From assembly GCA_030141605.1 (NCBI GenBank), contig JAQGDQ010000020.1:62001-126000 (forward strand): 64,000 nucleotides of DNA, written 5' to 3'. Numbering within the stretch: position 1 is the first letter of the stretch; each line of letters starts with the position of its first letter. Positions 58,376 to 64,000 of the stretch are shown here, in pieces. A program made the translations under genes and the position numbers. This stretch comes from Tubiluchus corallicola (lineage: Eukaryota > Animalia > Priapulida). Below the pieces are notes generated by a model. It saw nothing but the letters and a program-made list of their open reading frames with translations. It had not been told where the DNA came from and did not search any database.

Positions 58376-61300
58376 TTAAAAATTATCAAGATATGATGAG
58401 AATGAAGGAAAGACAATGCTGACTATAGTTAAGCATAATGCAGTGCAAATAGAACCATGATAGATTCTTGCTCCTGAATCTATAATTTCATTATCTTTGT
58501 TCGATATTGTTCGTTGCTCACTGGAAGTTGGAGGATGGTCGGGCTTGTGGCGGAGTATTCTGCCATCTGAAAAAGCAGTTGTTTTTATATATACAAACAA
58601 TTTTAATAAATCCATCGGTTTGTTACTCAGCTTCAAATGCAAAGATGTTGGGCTACTTTAGTATTAAAAAAAATTGGTAAACGATTGCTTTCCTTTTTAG
58701 AGGAACTAGTCCAACTCAGTCAGAAGATTGTGAGAACTGTGCTTTCATTTACTACATTACTGCCTAATTGAGCAGAAACAGAAAGTGTTGAAACTTCAAT
58801 TTCAAGTATGTAGTTTAGTAGCCTATTTAAGTGCCAATTAAAATTTCTGTTACTATAAGCTGCTGCAAAGTAATTTATCAAAATCTGTTTATACCTTAGA
58901 TAAGTTTAACTTTCATTCTTTTTTGAGTTCTTCATTCTTGTACTTACCTGAGTCAATTTCATCTCCCCATGGATGAAGATGGTACCATGGTTTACTTAAA
59001 TCATAATTCATATCATTGATGGTGCTAGTAAGACTTTTCGTAAACTGACAGTTGATTCTTCCATCCGCATAATTTGCTTTGACATTGGTGACTTCGTTAT
59101 TTGTCTGTAATTCACTTCTGGTATGTCCACCAGGATTCCAATAGTGGTCTACCCTTACCACGTCATTTTCAAGAACACATACGTACACATCGTCTTCACC
59201 CTATAACCACAGTTTTAAGTTTAGAGTGAAATTGTAATATCGCATATAGAAACTCGAACAAATGCTGCAAAATATTCAATAGTATACACCCATTGATCGA
59301 CCTGAAAACAATGCAATGCAAGAAATGCTATTTTACCATAGCATAAGGAAATGTATAGGAAAAAGCGGAAAATTCTACAAGTAGACTGTTTCCTTGTCTA
59401 CTGGGGCATGCTGTAATAGGCATGGAAAAGACAGCTGTCACATGATAGCCAAAATATTTGGATACTTTTCTAATGGAATATCAGAAGTATCAGTTGAAAA
59501 ATATTCGAATTTTTAGGCACTACTCACCATAGTGTTGTCTTCAGAAAACCCCATTCCTATCCAGCCCTCAGCTTTCCCTGTCATTTGTATTGTAACGTCA
59601 TCAGTGTCAGCTGTGTATACGGTTGCTTTCTGACATGTGCTTGGTGTGCAATCTTTTTCCCCATAGCGAAAGCAGCCACTTGTTTTACCGCAGGTTTCAA
59701 AACTGATGACTACGTCTTCTGAGGTGTCTTTTAGCACTTCATCTGATTGTACCTTTACCCAAAACTTGGTTTTCTCTTGCACTACTGTGGCACTGTAATA
59801 AGTAGAATTATAATCAGAAATATGTTTATCAGCCACCATTATCCCTCTACCGTTTCACTCCTCCTTCACAATACTAAACCTTTACCCTTGTCTCTCTTCA
59901 TTCATAACTTGCAATATTTTACAAACTTTCTCTTCAGATGTCACTGCATTACAAGTAATTACGTTATTGTATGTTTGAAATGTGATACACTTTGTTTAAG
60001 GTGATACACAAATTTGTTAATAAATTATTATAGATTGCTTGAAAGGGTGGAATACAGTACTACAAGTATTACTATTGCTATGTATGTTGTGTAGAGTATT
60101 AAAATAAATGCAGTACAGAAAGGAGAAATAAGCTCAAAACAAGTAGTGGCATGATAGTAGTGGCTCAGAACAAGATATTTTGCAACAGTACAGTATTTTG
60201 CCCTGTTGCAAATTCTATTCATTGCAAAATTTTCTTTTTCTTTGCAAAATTACATAATAATGAACGCTGATGTTCATAATTAGCATACTACAGGATCGTA
60301 GACAGTAATATGCAGGTTCTGAAGTTCTTTATTTGTGAATGTAATAACACAAATATGTCTCTCTGTAAGTGGTGCTGCACTTCACCATCACTGAACTGTG
60401 AACACAGTGGCTTAATCTTGCAGAGCCTTTTCGTCAGTGCCTACAAAAGTATATTGCAGGCTTGGTAATAGTACTTGTGAAAGGGCTATTAATTTCTTGT
60501 GCTAGTTTTCACTACACTGAATATACACTACTCGGTTTTTAGTTTACCAGGGAAAAAATTCTAGACTAATTTTCCATAAATACAGCATTCTCTTGCAATT
60601 TCTTCTGTTTGTTGCAGTGATCAGTACCATGTGTTTTTGATGCTTTGATTCGTTTAGTCTATTGTAAATATGTTATTGTGCTAAGATCAGCTATAAGTAT
60701 GCGGTGCTAAAAATCATAGTTTTTTACTTACACAAATGTGATTTTTTCAGGACCATTGTTTGGAGCAGTCCATACAAACTCCAGATCTGTTTTGTCATTG
60801 TTGTCTTTATGTGTAATGTAATGTCCACCATTGTCACAGTCTCTCTTCTGTGTCTCGGTGGGAAAGTCACTGAACTCGCCTACCCGAGTTTCTGCAGTAT
60901 CTCTTGCTTGCAGCATAAATCCTTTGAAAGTTCCTTTGATCGTAACTGCAAAAGAGATGCTAAAACTTAAGAGTTCAAAGAATAAAAAATCGTTTTCCTT
61001 ATAAAATCAATATAGATAGTAGTGGAACTAACGCTCGTAATATTAATTTTTGATTGACATTTCTGGCATGTTACTGAAAATATTTTTTGAAGTTAATTTA
61101 GTATTCTGTGCTTTGAGTTGTCATAATCAAAGCTACAAATAAAATGCATTTATATGAGGGATATGTTCTTTTGGAATCATGTCTTCTCTGTTACTTTTTT
61201 TAGATGAACATTTCTTTGTTGTGTAGCCAGTACCCTTCCTAGGAGTGCTAGTTGGCTTGAATGGGGAAATACAATAAACGTGCTAGTGCTTACTCTCTCT

Positions 61301-63663
61301 TTCTCTCTTTCATACATGTTTGTTAACATCGTGACCAACAGTTATTCATGCCAACCATTTTTTGGAACTGTTGCAAGAAAAGTTTTTATATAACTGCTTC
61401 AATGAAAATGAGCCACCTCTATCAAATATAATTTGTAGATTTTTTAACTACATGTATATAAAACTTCTCTTTCCTTAAGTTGTTGACCTATAGGTTTGTC
61501 GTGCATTTCAGGCACTTCCGTATATAATATTTTTATTCATTTTAGCTTAATACGTACCAAATTTTCGTGTCCAATTTAAGGTTAACATTAACAGACATGT
61601 TAATTTTTGTCTAGCGTAGAGACGACATTTAACTGTTTAACCATGTGTTTATGTGTACTGTCCCAATTAAACACACTAATCTTGTATGTGGCATGATGTT
61701 TGCGTAGGTCTCGGTGAATGCTGTTTATTTGTCCTGGGTTGATTGGTTGAGTTAGTTCTTATTTGATAAATGACCACTTCAACATGAAGTGGTGGGGTCC
61801 ACCCTGTTCCTTGGCCTATTACAGGTAATATGCAGTACAAATGTAGAGTAGCCTACATGCCATTTTAATGAAATTACAATGTCGTATCGCCTGTCATATC
61901 AATGATATCTTGGTTTTTATATTTTACGTAATATTATTTTATATTTTCAACCTATTATACTAATTAATTCCGTACTATTATTGCTGTTGCCACCTACATT
62001 ACGCACTTTGAGTCTAATATTTTTTTAATTCTTTCCTACATAAGAATTAAAGGACAAGAGGAGCTTTGAGATGATGACTTTTTCAGTATATGAGCTATAT
62101 GTTTTCTGTTTCCCTTCAGTCGACTGCACTATTTTTCTCTAGTGTAAAATTCTGCTGCCCTATTCATTAGCCTACAGACACGTATCAGTCCTGCTTCCCA
62201 GTTCAAATTCTGTTATAATTATTTTTTATATAGTTGCGCTGGCAGTCTTGTACTCCTGTATTGTAAATGTTTTCCTTTAAAACATGGTAAAACGCAAAAT
62301 CTGACCAACAATAAATTACAATTGTTATTTGTGCAATTTATGCTAACATTTTTTAAGCATTTGTTAGTGAAAATCAATAAATATTTCCGCTAAAATTTAC
62401 AATTCTCCACACAAGAAATTAGTTCGTGAAGCGGATTAGGATAGGTTTAATGTATTTAAACTGCAAGGGGGTGGTAAACTCCTTCCAATATTTTAGTATA
62501 TTTGTTAATTAAACGATTCCATCGTTAATTATGTAGTTTCAACAGCTGTTCACATTACCCATGCAGCAAATGATTAACATTAAGTACTTTACAAGATGTA
62601 GCACTAGTTACATGGCTGACATCTGTGATGCATGGCTATATCTGTACCAATTTTTGTATTTTAGTTTAGTAGTTCATATCGTATATTAATGCTGTGAGTT
62701 TAACTGCTAGACACTTTATATCTTGTTTGCAGTATAGCTCAATATAAGTTTTTTTGAAAGGCTCGCTTTCAGTAGCAATCAGACTAACATTGACTAACTC
62801 TAAAGCCTAGACCAATGATTTTCCACATTGGATGGAATTATACTGTACTGATTATCTTAGCTGATCATAATGTCTGTTGGGTGCTGACGTTCTCCTTTCA
62901 CGTCAAATCATTTCCGTGATATCGAGTTCACATGGGAAATTTCATGGGAAATACAGCAACTGAACATACTGCAGCGTATTTACAAAATTACAAACAGTAT
63001 GTGATTTGGAATTTTGCGAAATTCTAGAAAATTGTGACGAATGTTTTTGCTGTCCAAGGGGAAATTCAAGAACCTTGGAAGTTAAAAAGTATGAACTAGC
63101 AAAAATATTGCTTATAGCACCGGTTCTACCACATAAGTAATTTTTTATTCGATGATACCTATTAACTTTGCGAAACTATGAGATCTCTACCTAACTTAAT
63201 AATATTGACGCTATTGCACTTCATCGCGTATGGCAACCACACAAAAAGGGAGTAGAATAATTCAGTTCGTAGTTTCTAGCGTCGAAAGTGTATTGCGGAG
63301 GCAGCGATTGAGAACATATGTGGACGATATTATTTGCAATAGCGATTTTTTTACGTTAGGATCACAATTATAATAATTATTACTTTGCTGCTAAAATGGT
63401 TAAGTCAATGCTCATAGACTGCCTCAGTTTATCAGGCGCTGGACTCACATACATATATAAAACTTACCTGTTACCTGGTCGCCCGGTTTATATGTCGATA
63501 CGGATGTCTCAATTGTGTATGGAGTCGGATCGTCACTTGGCTGCGCTCCATGTAAAGTAGCATCTGGGGTCATTTGCTCGCATTGTTCTACAGGTGCTCC
63601 GCTTGGATACGCGAAAATATCGCTCACTAACGCAAAAATGATTACCAGTAAAGTGGCTTTCAT
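58376..63663 (-). CDS. Secreted Reeler + DOMON domain protein (FRRS1 ectodomain-like) with a hydrophobic C-terminus; exons 63663-63468, 60945-60732, 59792-59528, 59200-58948, 58566-58376
   Basis: Signal peptide + AYPSGAPVEQCEQMTP, FKGFMLQAR, ITH...WTAP, ATVVQ...FWV (Reeler); CGKTSGC, GWIGMGFSEDNTM|GEDDVYVC, DGRINCQF, YDLSKPWYHL...ILRH (DOMON). GT-AG exons with compatible phases. Confidence 0.9.
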
Positions 63664-64000
63664 ACCGCTGATCGACGACTGTTTCGTTTCTTTTTAAACA
63701 GAAGTTTATTATTATTGACAGGTGGCTATTATGGCACCCACATATACTGCATAATATTTTATGAATTCTACCCAGTTGCTCTACTCCGCTAACTGACTGT
63801 TAAGACTTTATCTAGGTGGCGCGAGTATGCAGGAAAGCAAACTTGCATGTTTGGCAAAATTTAGATCCTAGAGTACCAATGCCGGCAAGGCTCTACTATA
63901 TAGAAATAATTTAAACATAGAGTCATGATTAAAAGACTAGCGATTGAAGCTATAAACTGCAGCGTTTAGTGGTACTTTGATGGAGTCTCGTTAGACAGAC

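Overview
AT-rich, intron-containing genomic DNA from an invertebrate-like animal. Host genes, left to right: the last three coding exons of a SWEET (SLC50A1-like) sugar transporter (+); a complete 27-exon integrin alpha subunit without an I-domain (+, 6525-37661, about 1143 aa by manual splicing); two near-identical intronless CHMP2A (ESCRT-III) coding exons inside a 4888-bp tandem duplication (-); METTL6 (+, 5 coding exons); and a secreted, probably GPI-anchored Reeler+DOMON protein lacking the cytochrome b561 domain (-, 5 exons). The most striking structure is integrin intron 24 (24225-36381). About 11.8 kb of it is a nested stack, all antisense to the host gene: a 5'-truncated RTE-X-like LINE in a (GA)n microsatellite, a head-to-tail Helitron array in the LINE 3' UTR, and a young full-length Gypsy LTR element in an (AT)n tract next to the Helitrons. 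The Gypsy element has several odd features: a gag ORF starting inside the LTR behind an intron-like signal, an ambiguous gag-pol junction, a long integrase tail and a 3' region rich in splice signals. Non-autonomous DNA transposons are also present (Ginger-like, hAT, ISL2EU-like, pogo/Tigger-like, Academ-like). All family assignments come from motif recognition by eye, not database searches.
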